Notes under the pieces: model-generated | What the model saw: only the letters and a program-made list of their open reading frames with translations | Databases searched by the model: none | Told to the model about the DNA's origin: nothing | Program-made: the position numbers and the translations under genes | NCBI GenBank assembly: GCA_015233335.1 | Contig: JADFXX010000001.1 | Location: forward strand, 134,302 to 198,301 | DNA: 64,000 nucleotides | Reading direction: 5' to 3' | DNA from: Candidatus Omnitrophota bacterium | Lineage (GTDB): Bacteria > Omnitrophota > Gorgyraeia > Zapsychrales > Fredricksoniimonadaceae | In this document: positions 10,070 through 18,020 of the stretch, piece by piece | How the letters are laid out: each line of letters opens with the position of its first letter | How positions within the stretch are numbered: the first letter of the stretch is position 1

Positions 10070-12544
10070 TTAGTTCTTGACAGGGACTTTCCAAATATCC
10101 TTGGCATATTCACGGATCGTGCGGTCACTGGAGAAAAAGCCGCTCTTGGATACATTAATGATGGACTTCTTGATCCACTCATCCCTATTTAAATACATGG
10201 TTGAAATCTGGTCCTGAATCTTACAATAACTCTCAAAATCAGCACAGACTAAATACGGGTCATACTGGGACAAAGACTCGATGATGGGTGAAAATATCCC
10301 CGGAGCCTGAGAACAGAAAAAATTGGCCCCGATCAGCCTAAAGATCTCCCGCAGGACGGCATTGCGCTCAATAAATTCTCTGGGGTTATACCCTCTATTT
10401 TTCAGGGCTTGGACCTCATGGGTTTTGAGCCCGAATATAAAGATATTCTCATCCCCCACGACCTGCGCCATTTCCACATTAGCGCCATCCAAAGTACCGA
10501 CCGTCAGGGCTCCGTTGACCATGAACTTCATGTTCCCTGTGCCCGACGCCTCAGTCCCGGCGGTTGAGATCTGCTCAGAGAGGTCGCTGGCCGGAAATAT
10601 CCTTTCCGCCAAAGAGACCCTGTAATTCTCCAAAAAAACCAGACGGATTTTGCTGCTAACATTTTTATCCTGATTGATGATATCCGCGATGCTGTTAAAG
10701 AACTTGATCGTCAGTTTAGCCATCGAGTAGGAAGGGGCCGCCTTGCCCGCGACGATAAAGGTACGCGGATAAATAAAGGCTTTGGGATTGTTCTTGATCT
10801 GCAAGTATTGAGAAATGATATAAAAAGCAAAAAGCATCTGGCGCTTATATTCATGGATACGTTTGACCTGTACATCGAACATGGATTCAGGATCGACACT
10901 GATATTCGTTGTGGACTTAATGATGGCGCTCAAAACATTCTTATTCTGTTTTTTGATCTCAAACCATTGATCGCGAAACGCCTGCTTGGACTTGAAGGTG
11001 TTTAACTTTTCGAGTTGGTCCATATCGGTCACCCATCCGTCGCCGATGGTCTTAGTGATCAAAGAAGACAGGCGAGGGTTCGATTTAAGAAGCCAGCGTC
11101 TTTGGGTGATCCCGTTCGTTTTATTATTGAATTTCTCGGGTGATAATTCATAAAAATCTTTGAACAAGCTCTTTTTCAAAAGGTCCGAGTGCAGGGCTGA
11201 AACACCATTAACAGAACAACTGCCGATGACCGCTAAAAAGGCCATTCTCACGCGTTTAGGAGAACCTTCCTCGATCAAGGACATGCGGCCCAACCGGTCA
11301 TTGTCCCCAGGATAACGCTGGGCCACTTCTTTCAGGAAGCGGGCGTTGATCTCATAGATGATCTGCATATGGCGGGGAAGAAGATTTTCAAACATATCCA
11401 CCGGCCAGCACTCTAAAGCCTCGGGCATGATGGTATGATTGGTATAGGCAAATACTTTTTGGGTAATCTCCCAAGCGTCTGGCCATTTTACGGAATATTC
11501 ATCGATCAACAGGCGCATAAGTTCGACGATCGCGATGGTCGGATGAGTGTCATTCAGTTGAATGACAACTTTCTTAGGCAGGTCTTTCAAATCCAAATTT
11601 TCCGATTTAAAACGTCTGATAATATCGGCGATGGCTGCCGCTGAAAAGAAATACTCCTGTTTCAAGCGCAGTTCCCGCCCCCTTGATATATTATCAGAAG
11701 GATATAAAACTTTAGAAATATTCTCGGAAAGGACTTTTTTATAGACGGCATGTTCATAGTCGCCGGATTTAAAATAATCAAAATCAAATTCTTCCGAACT
11801 GCGGGCTGACCAAAGCCGCAAGACATTAACGACATCATTTTTAAAACCGGCAACTGGAAGATCATACGGGACGGCCAGCACATTCTCCGTGCCGACCCAT
11901 CTCACCTGAAGCTGGCCATATTGGTCCTGATACATTTCGGTCCGGCCATAGAAACTGATCTTAACTGTATTCTCCGGACGGGCAAATTCCCAGGGATTGC
12001 CGTTGCGCAGCCAGTCATCGGGCAATTCCACCTGAAATCCGTCCTTTATTTTCTGATTGAAAATCCCGTAATCATAACGGATACCATACCCGTGTGCCGG
12101 AATGCCTAAGGTCGCCATAGAGTCAAGGAAACAGGCCGCAAGTCTCCCCAGACCGCCGTTGCCCAAACCCGCGTCCACTTCCTCATCACGCACCTTTTCA
12201 ATATCCAAGCCCAATTCTTCCAGCGCTTCCTTACACTGTTTTTCCACCCCTAAATTATAAATATTAGTCCCCATTAAGCGTCCGATTAAGAATTCCATCG
12301 ACAGATAATACACCCTGCGGACATTTTTCTTATGATAAGACTGCTGGGTCATGATCCAGCGCTCGATCAACCGGTCCCTGATAGCCAGAGAAAGCGCGAG
12401 ATAATTATCATACATGGTTGCGGTATATAGATCTTTAGAAAGAGCATATTGACGCTTGACCTGAAACGACAGCTTCATCGCCTCCTTGGACATTTCCTTC
12501 TTAGAAACGACCCATTCGCTCTTTTTATCAGATTGTGGGGGCAT
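10070..12544 (-). CDS. glgP: Glycogen/maltodextrin phosphorylase
   Basis: 824 aa. GNGGLGRLAACFLDS and the pyridoxal-phosphate region EASGTGNMKFMVNGALT are hallmark phosphorylase motifs. Confidence 0.95.
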   Translation of the reverse strand: MPPQSDKKSEWVVSKKEMSKEAMKLSFQVKRQYALSKDLYTATMYDNYLALSLAIRDRLIERWIMTQQSYHKKNVRRVYYLSMEFLIGRLMGTNIYNLGVEKQCKEALEELGLDIEKVRDEEVDAGLGNGGLGRLAACFLDSMATLGIPAHGYGIRYDYGIFNQKIKDGFQVELPDDWLRNGNPWEFARPENTVKISFYGRTEMYQDQYGQLQVRWVGTENVLAVPYDLPVAGFKNDVVNVLRLWSARSSEEFDFDYFKSGDYEHAVYKKVLSENISKVLYPSDNISRGRELRLKQEYFFSAAAIADIIRRFKSENLDLKDLPKKVVIQLNDTHPTIAIVELMRLLIDEYSVKWPDAWEITQKVFAYTNHTIMPEALECWPVDMFENLLPRHMQIIYEINARFLKEVAQRYPGDNDRLGRMSLIEEGSPKRVRMAFLAVIGSCSVNGVSALHSDLLKKSLFKDFYELSPEKFNNKTNGITQRRWLLKSNPRLSSLITKTIGDGWVTDMDQLEKLNTFKSKQAFRDQWFEIKKQNKNVLSAIIKSTTNISVDPESMFDVQVKRIHEYKRQMLFAFYIISQYLQIKNNPKAFIYPRTFIVAGKAAPSYSMAKLTIKFFNSIADIINQDKNVSSKIRLVFLENYRVSLAERIFPASDLSEQISTAGTEASGTGNMKFMVNGALTVGTLDGANVEMAQVVGDENIFIFGLKTHEVQALKNRGYNPREFIERNAVLREIFRLIGANFFCSQAPGIFSPIIESLSQYDPYLVCADFESYCKIQDQISTMYLNRDEWIKKSIINVSKSGFFSSDRTIREYAKDIWKVPVKN

Positions 12545-12563
12545 AAGTAACTCCTAAACCATC

Positions 12564-12640
12564 GTCATTCTGAGGCAAAGCCGAAGGATCTTAAGACATC
12601 TTCAGACATCTTAAGATCCTTCGCTTCGCTTAAGGATGAC
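12564..12640. repeat. Palindromic intergenic repeat, type B, full copy
   Basis: gtcattctgaggcaaagccgaaggatcttaag ... cttaagatccttcgcttcgcttaaggatgac, between glgP and hppA. Confidence 0.9.
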
Positions 12641-12642
12641 AT

Positions 12643-15057
12643 TTATTTTTTTTCACCTTCGCCTAGTATGCGCATACTGTAAAACGATTTGGTCAGGAAA
12701 AACAAGGCAATGCCGAAGAAGACCACAGCAAAGGCCGTGTCAAGGCCGCGGTTTAATTGAATGGCGATCTCAACGGCCAAAAGGCCGAACAGGGTCGTAA
12801 ATTTGATGATCGGGTTAATGGATACAGAAGACGTATCTTTGAAAGGGTCACCTACGGTATCTCCTACGACGGCCGCGGCATGGACTTCCGTGCCTTTTTC
12901 CCTATAGGTCACTTCCACCAGTTTCTTCGCGTTGTCCCATGAAGCACCGGCATTGGCCATAAAGATTGCTTGGTAAAGCCCAAAAAAGGCGATCGAGATC
13001 AGATAGCCTATAAAATAAAACGGCTCGATACAAGCAAAGGCCAGGGTGGTAAAGAATATTGTCAGGAAAATATTGATCATTCCCTTTTGGGCGAACATCG
13101 TACAGATCTCAACGACCCTTGTACTATCAGCGGTCGATGCTTTGCTCGCTCCCTCAAGCTTCATATGCTCCTTAATATATTCAACCGCGTGATAGGCCCC
13201 TGCCACAACAGCTTGAATAGAGGCTCCGGTAAACCAGTAAATGACCGCCCCGCCGCTTAACAGCCCTAGCAAGAAAGGCGGATAAAGGATGGATAACTGC
13301 TCCATTTGCGACGTCAGGCCATGGGTCAAGATCATAATGATGGAAAAGATCATTGTAGTCGCACCCACCACCGCTGTCCCGATCAAAACGGGTTTGGATG
13401 TTGCTTTAAAGGTGTTGCCTGCCCCATCATTGGCTTCCAAATAATTCTTGGCATTTTCAAAATCAGGGGTGAAGTTGAAATCTTTCTGGACCTCATTTTT
13501 AATATTAGGAAGTTGTTCGATCAAAGAAAGCTCATAGATCGATTGGGCATTGTCGGAAACCGGACCGTAAGAGTCAACGGCAATGGTGACAGGCCCCATC
13601 CCGAGGAAACCGAAAGCCACCAGACCAAACGCAAATACCGCTGGGGCGATCATAATAGCTGAGAGTCCAAACATACTTACAAAATAAGCCAGCGCCATGA
13701 GAACCACAATGACCAAACCCATCCAATAAGCGCTAAAATTACCCGCCACCAAACCGGCCAGAATATTCAATGAAGCCCCGCCCTTTTTGGAAGACTGATA
13801 AACGTTATTAACATAAACAGAATCCATGGACGTAAAAATCTTGACCGTCTCAGGAATAATGGCACCGGCCATTGTTCCGCAAGTGATGATGGACGCCAAC
13901 TTCCACCAGAATGTGCCGTCCCCTAAATGCGGGATCATCACATAGGAAGCTCCAAATGTCATAATGACGGAAATAATGGAAGTGATCCATACTAAGGATG
14001 TTAACGGATCTTCGAAATTCATCACTTTGACGTTGGCATAACGACGGGTCGCAAAATAGTCATTAATATAATACGAAAGTCCGCTCGAGATGACCATGAT
14101 CAAACGCATGGAGAAGATCCATACCAAAAGCAGCGCCTGATCAGCGGGATTTTTAACAGCCAGAAGGATAAACGAGATAAGAGCGACTCCCGTGACCCCA
14201 TAAGTCTCAAATCCGTCAGCAGTGGGGCCCACAGAATCGCCGGCATTGTCACCGACACAATCGGCAATAACGCCCGGATTACGAGCGTCATCTTCTTTGA
14301 CCTTGAAAACGATCTTCATCAAATCCGAACCGATATCAGCGATCTTGGTAAAAATACCGCCCGCGATCCTGAGAACCGAAGCGCCCAATGACTCACCTAT
14401 CGCGAAACCGATGAAACATGAGCCGGAATAGGAAGGGTTAATAAAAAGCAGGATACATAACATGACAAAAAGCTCAATACTGATCAAAAGCATCCCGATG
14501 CTCATTCCCGCTTGCAGGGGAATGGAATAAACAGGAAATGGCTTGCCGCCTAAACTCGCAAAGGCTGATCTGGAATTGGCCATGGTATTAATTCTCATAC
14601 CAAACCAAGCGACCCCATAACTGCCGGCAATACCTATTAAACTGCAAATAATAATGAGTGCGACTTTACCAAACTCTAAATGACGTAAAATGCCAAAATA
14701 TCCCACCATAACGACCCCAATGATCGCTTCAAGCATGAGAAGAAATTTACCTTGGGCGATCAAGTAGGCTTTGCAGGTTGTATAAATAAGTTCGGAAATA
14801 TCTCCCATGGACTTATGAACCGGCATTTTCTTAATTTTGCCGTATTGAACGACACCAAAAAAGGCGCCGAAAATACAGACGATGATTCCCAGCATTAGAG
14901 CTGTACGGCCGTTAAGATTAAAAAATAGCGGAACAGCTGACAGATCAGGCACCCTCAGATCAGCTTCACCGGCCCAAGATAAAGGTGTGCCGCAAAAAAC
15001 GGCTAACATCACTAAAAACCACCCGTATTTCTTTAAAATATTCCCTGTTCTGTCCAT
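12643..15057 (-). CDS. hppA: Membrane-bound ion-translocating pyrophosphatase
   Basis: 804 aa polytopic protein with GDNVGD (DCVGDNAGD), DTVGDPFKD and GGASWDNAKK-like (AGASWDNAKK) motifs. Confidence 0.95.
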   Translation of the reverse strand: MDRTGNILKKYGWFLVMLAVFCGTPLSWAGEADLRVPDLSAVPLFFNLNGRTALMLGIIVCIFGAFFGVVQYGKIKKMPVHKSMGDISELIYTTCKAYLIAQGKFLLMLEAIIGVVMVGYFGILRHLEFGKVALIIICSLIGIAGSYGVAWFGMRINTMANSRSAFASLGGKPFPVYSIPLQAGMSIGMLLISIELFVMLCILLFINPSYSGSCFIGFAIGESLGASVLRIAGGIFTKIADIGSDLMKIVFKVKEDDARNPGVIADCVGDNAGDSVGPTADGFETYGVTGVALISFILLAVKNPADQALLLVWIFSMRLIMVISSGLSYYINDYFATRRYANVKVMNFEDPLTSLVWITSIISVIMTFGASYVMIPHLGDGTFWWKLASIITCGTMAGAIIPETVKIFTSMDSVYVNNVYQSSKKGGASLNILAGLVAGNFSAYWMGLVIVVLMALAYFVSMFGLSAIMIAPAVFAFGLVAFGFLGMGPVTIAVDSYGPVSDNAQSIYELSLIEQLPNIKNEVQKDFNFTPDFENAKNYLEANDGAGNTFKATSKPVLIGTAVVGATTMIFSIIMILTHGLTSQMEQLSILYPPFLLGLLSGGAVIYWFTGASIQAVVAGAYHAVEYIKEHMKLEGASKASTADSTRVVEICTMFAQKGMINIFLTIFFTTLAFACIEPFYFIGYLISIAFFGLYQAIFMANAGASWDNAKKLVEVTYREKGTEVHAAAVVGDTVGDPFKDTSSVSINPIIKFTTLFGLLAVEIAIQLNRGLDTAFAVVFFGIALFFLTKSFYSMRILGEGEKK

Positions 15058-15108
15058 TTGAACTCCCTTCCTTAATATATGACATTACAATGACGTTTGG
15101 AAATTTTA

Positions 15109-15126
15109 ATAATAACTAGTTATTAT
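15109..15126. promoter_or_regulatory. Perfect 18-bp palindrome ATAATAACTAGTTATTAT (candidate operator)
   Basis: Base-by-base check shows perfect dyad symmetry. It overlaps the predicted -10 of the hppA promoter. Confidence 0.45.
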
Positions 15127-15150
15127 ACACAAATAAATACGTTTTATCTA
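15122..15150 (-). promoter_or_regulatory. Candidate sigma70-type promoter of hppA (TAGATA-17-TATAAT)
   Basis: On the minus strand: -35 TAGATA (15145..15150), a 17-nt spacer and a perfect -10 TATAAT (15122..15127), about 65 nt upstream of the hppA start. Confidence 0.4.
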
Positions 15151-15181
15151 ATATCTTTTATAAGTTTTTCTTATAGGTTGC

Positions 15182-15589
15182 CTACTTTACCCCATGTTCC
15201 AGGAAACATCCTGTGTACTTTTTATCCATCCCCCTGATATGTTCCTTCACCCAACTCCAGAGGAATTCTAATAAGTCCACAGTCACTTTGGCGTCCCCCT
15301 TGTCATATTTCTCGATAAACTCTGCAACCTTGATCTTAAAGTATTCATGCTCCTTGCGATGCTCTTCAAAACCCGGGAAGTTAAAGCCTTCCATATATTT
15401 CTCTTCTGTATTGAAATGATAAACAGTGTAATTAACTAATTCTCTTAAAATCTTTCCTATGCCATCCTCTTCAACAGGCCCCATGGTGGCAGACACAAGT
15501 ACATTTAAGAGACTTATAAGCTTTTTGTGTTGTTCATCGATCTCCTTGATCCCAACACTATAAGATTGGCTCCAACCCACAGCTTCCAT
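15182..15589 (-). CDS. Bacteriohemerythrin (hemerythrin-like metal-binding protein)
   Basis: 135 aa. IDEQHKKLI, HFNTEE, EHRKEH and WVKEHIRGMDKKY match the His/Glu/Asp diiron ligand pattern of bacteriohemerythrins. Confidence 0.85.
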   Translation of the reverse strand: MEAVGWSQSYSVGIKEIDEQHKKLISLLNVLVSATMGPVEEDGIGKILRELVNYTVYHFNTEEKYMEGFNFPGFEEHRKEHEYFKIKVAEFIEKYDKGDAKVTVDLLEFLWSWVKEHIRGMDKKYTGCFLEHGVK

Positions 15590-15608
15590 AAATACCTCCT
15601 GGTTTATG

Positions 15609-16271
15609 CTACTCCAGATCGATCATTTGAGTCTTCCCCACATAATCCGTACGCTTTAGCTGCTCTAAAGCCTGGATTTTTTTAAGAATGGCCATGACCT
15701 TGCCCAACTCATTCTTGACCTTCAACAATGACGCATGACGCTTATCCGTTTCCGGGATTTGAATCAAGAGCCCCTCAAGATAGGCGACCGCGGCCATCAA
15801 CGGCTGGTTCATGTTATGGTTATATGTCACCACCATGTTCTTAACTGTTTCAAGATTGGAGACTTGAAGTTGTTCTTCTTCAGCCCTTTTAATGCGCAGG
15901 TGAGCCTTGACCCGGGTCTTGACCTCTTCGGGTTTAATGGGCTTCACAATATAATCAGCCGCGCCTAAGGCAAAACATTTAGCCATATCTTCCGTGTGAT
16001 CCATGGCAGTAATAAACAGGATCGGGATAGACTTATATTTTTTATCGGCCTTCAGCCTTCGACAAACCTCAAAGCCATCAATCTGGGGCATGATAACATC
16101 AAGCAATATAATATCCGGGGCCCCGCGCTCAATAGATTCAAGCGCAGTAACACCGGAATCAGCTTCTGAAATACTATACCCCTCATCTGCCGCAATCAAA
16201 ACTGCCTTTAGGACCTCGCGGTTGGTCTTTTTGTCATCCACAATTAATATTTTTGAATTGAATTGATCCAT
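15609..16271 (-). CDS. Response regulator: receiver domain plus DHp-like C-terminal helix (no ATPase domain)
   Basis: REC motifs (ILIVDD, PDIILLDVIMP, ADYIVKP). The C-terminus TYNHNMNQPLMAAVAYLEGL resembles a HisKA H-box. I prefer ATG 16271 (GGGAGAAG upstream) to the GTG at 16289. Confidence 0.7.
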   Translation of the reverse strand: MDQFNSKILIVDDKKTNREVLKAVLIAADEGYSISEADSGVTALESIERGAPDIILLDVIMPQIDGFEVCRRLKADKKYKSIPILFITAMDHTEDMAKCFALGAADYIVKPIKPEEVKTRVKAHLRIKRAEEEQLQVSNLETVKNMVVTYNHNMNQPLMAAVAYLEGLLIQIPETDKRHASLLKVKNELGKVMAILKKIQALEQLKRTDYVGKTQMIDLE

Positions 16272-16273
16272 AA

Positions 16274-16813
16274 TTACTTCTTCTCCCACTTTTTGACAAT
16301 AGCGCTGATCTTTTCCTGCACCTTGGATTTGATCTCAATATCGCTCAGGATAGAATTAAGCAGTTCCTCATGTTCTTCAGCCATGCGCAGGATATCCATC
16401 TGCAGTTCCTTGTTTTGCTTTTCTAGGTTGAAACGTTCAATCGCATGTTTCAGGGGCAGCAGCACCTTGTCTTTATCCTCGATGGGTTTAAGGATATAAT
16501 CAAAGGCCCCTTCCCGTAAGGCGTCCTGACATGTTTCCATGGTTCCGAATCCCGTCAGGAAGATCAAAGGGATACGGCTTTCCTTGCTGTTAAGGTACCT
16601 GATGAGTTCAATCCCGCTTTTCCCGGGCATTTTAAGATCACAGATAATGGCTTCAATTTCTTTCTGTCTCCCGATGACCTTGATGGCATTATCAACACCA
16701 TCTGCCGTGTACGCCTCAAATCCCAGCGCCTCCAGAAGCTCCTTGAGAGACTCCCTGATGGCCTCTTCGTCGTCCACCAGCAACACACATCCTAGTTTTA
16801 TATTTTTAGCCAT
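16274..16813 (-). CDS. Response regulator, receiver domain with short coiled C-terminal tail
   Basis: VLLVDDEE, ICDLKMPGKSG and FDYILKP are receiver motifs. GGAGG RBS upstream of the ATG. Confidence 0.8.
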   Translation of the reverse strand: MAKNIKLGCVLLVDDEEAIRESLKELLEALGFEAYTADGVDNAIKVIGRQKEIEAIICDLKMPGKSGIELIRYLNSKESRIPLIFLTGFGTMETCQDALREGAFDYILKPIEDKDKVLLPLKHAIERFNLEKQNKELQMDILRMAEEHEELLNSILSDIEIKSKVQEKISAIVKKWEKK

Positions 16814-16830
16814 GGTTTCCTCCGGTAATT

Positions 16831-18003
16831 TTACAAAATCCCCAGCTCCTCTATAAGCGCTTTATGAAAGGCCGCATCGTTGTTCAAGTCTTTATCACGG
16901 TCCAATGCAAGCGCAAAATAAAAAAACTTCCTCTCATTTTTTAAAGACACAAACCCGATCGTTCCCTTATGGTTCCTTATGATGGTGGATGATACCGAAA
17001 GCCCGAGGCCAGTGCCCTTACCCGGCGCCTTGGTCGTAAAGAAAGGATCAAATAGGTTCTCCTCTGATCCGCTTTTGACCGCAATGCCATTATCAATAAT
17101 GCCGGCTAGGATAGCCGGAAAATCCTTCATTTTCCGAGCTAATACCCGTATCTGGCCGCCCTCCTGCTGATTAAACTTCTCATCAACCGCATCACGGGCA
17201 TTGACCAAAAAATTCACCACTACATCCTGGATCTGATACCGGTCTATGTAAAGCGCAGGAAGATTTTCTTCCAACTCCAAAATAACATTAATGTTATGGT
17301 CCTTAAACTGCTGTGTCAGAAGGAAGATCCCGTCACTAATAGGACGTTTGACATCCCCCTCGGCAAATCCGCCAATCCGTTGTCCGGAATACTCATGCAT
17401 CCGTTTAACGATGGTGCCCAGCCTGACAAACTGGTCCTTGATCTTGATCATCTTGTTCTTTAATATCAAATTTTGTGTAAACTCATCCTGCAGCAAAAGA
17501 CCCTCAATGTGGGATGAAATGGCCATCAAAGGCTGATTCATCTCATGGGCAACACCGGCGCTCAATTCCCCCATCGCGGTCAATTTTGCCGCCCTTAAAA
17601 GCTGCACCTCTTGGGTCTTTAACTGGCGGTATATTTTCTGGTTTTCCAAAGCTCTGCTGATATTCAGCAAAAGCGCATCAAAATTAACAGGTTTGATCAA
17701 ATAATCAGAGGCTCCTTTTTTCAAAGCGGAAATGGCACTTTTGATGTCCCCGTATCCGGTCAGGAGAATAACCTGGGTCTCAGGGCTCATATTTTTAATT
17801 TTTTCCAGCAATTCGAGGCCATCCATACCACCCGGCATACTAATATCGGAAATGATCACATCCGGTGTCTGCAGGTCAAAAATCTCCAAACCTTGTTCTG
17901 CGCTCTTAGCGACAAAGACCTCAAAATTTTTGGCCTCCAGAAGTGTTTGGATCTCAACACGCTGTATTTCTTGATCATCAACAACTAATATTTTTATTTT
18001 CAC
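16831..18003 (-). CDS. Hybrid sensor kinase: N-terminal receiver + HisKA + HATPase_c
   Basis: REC (ILVVDDQE, VIISDISMPG, SDYLIKP), H-box GVAHEMNQPL, N-box NFLVNARDA and G-box GKGTGLGLSV. No obvious sensory or TM domain. Confidence 0.85.
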   Translation of the reverse strand: MKIKILVVDDQEIQRVEIQTLLEAKNFEVFVAKSAEQGLEIFDLQTPDVIISDISMPGGMDGLELLEKIKNMSPETQVILLTGYGDIKSAISALKKGASDYLIKPVNFDALLLNISRALENQKIYRQLKTQEVQLLRAAKLTAMGELSAGVAHEMNQPLMAISSHIEGLLLQDEFTQNLILKNKMIKIKDQFVRLGTIVKRMHEYSGQRIGGFAEGDVKRPISDGIFLLTQQFKDHNINVILELEENLPALYIDRYQIQDVVVNFLVNARDAVDEKFNQQEGGQIRVLARKMKDFPAILAGIIDNGIAVKSGSEENLFDPFFTTKAPGKGTGLGLSVSSTIIRNHKGTIGFVSLKNERKFFYFALALDRDKDLNNDAAFHKALIEELGIL

Positions 18004-18020
18004 AAACAGTCCTTGGTTGT

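Noticed and set aside
3268-15057. The PFOR / DHOD-like / ADP-forming acetyl-CoA synthetase / glycogen phosphorylase / pyrophosphatase block as something unusual
   Set aside because: This is a standard anaerobic fermentative/energy-conservation gene set. The only oddities are the repeat elements and the hppA operator candidate, which are reported separately.
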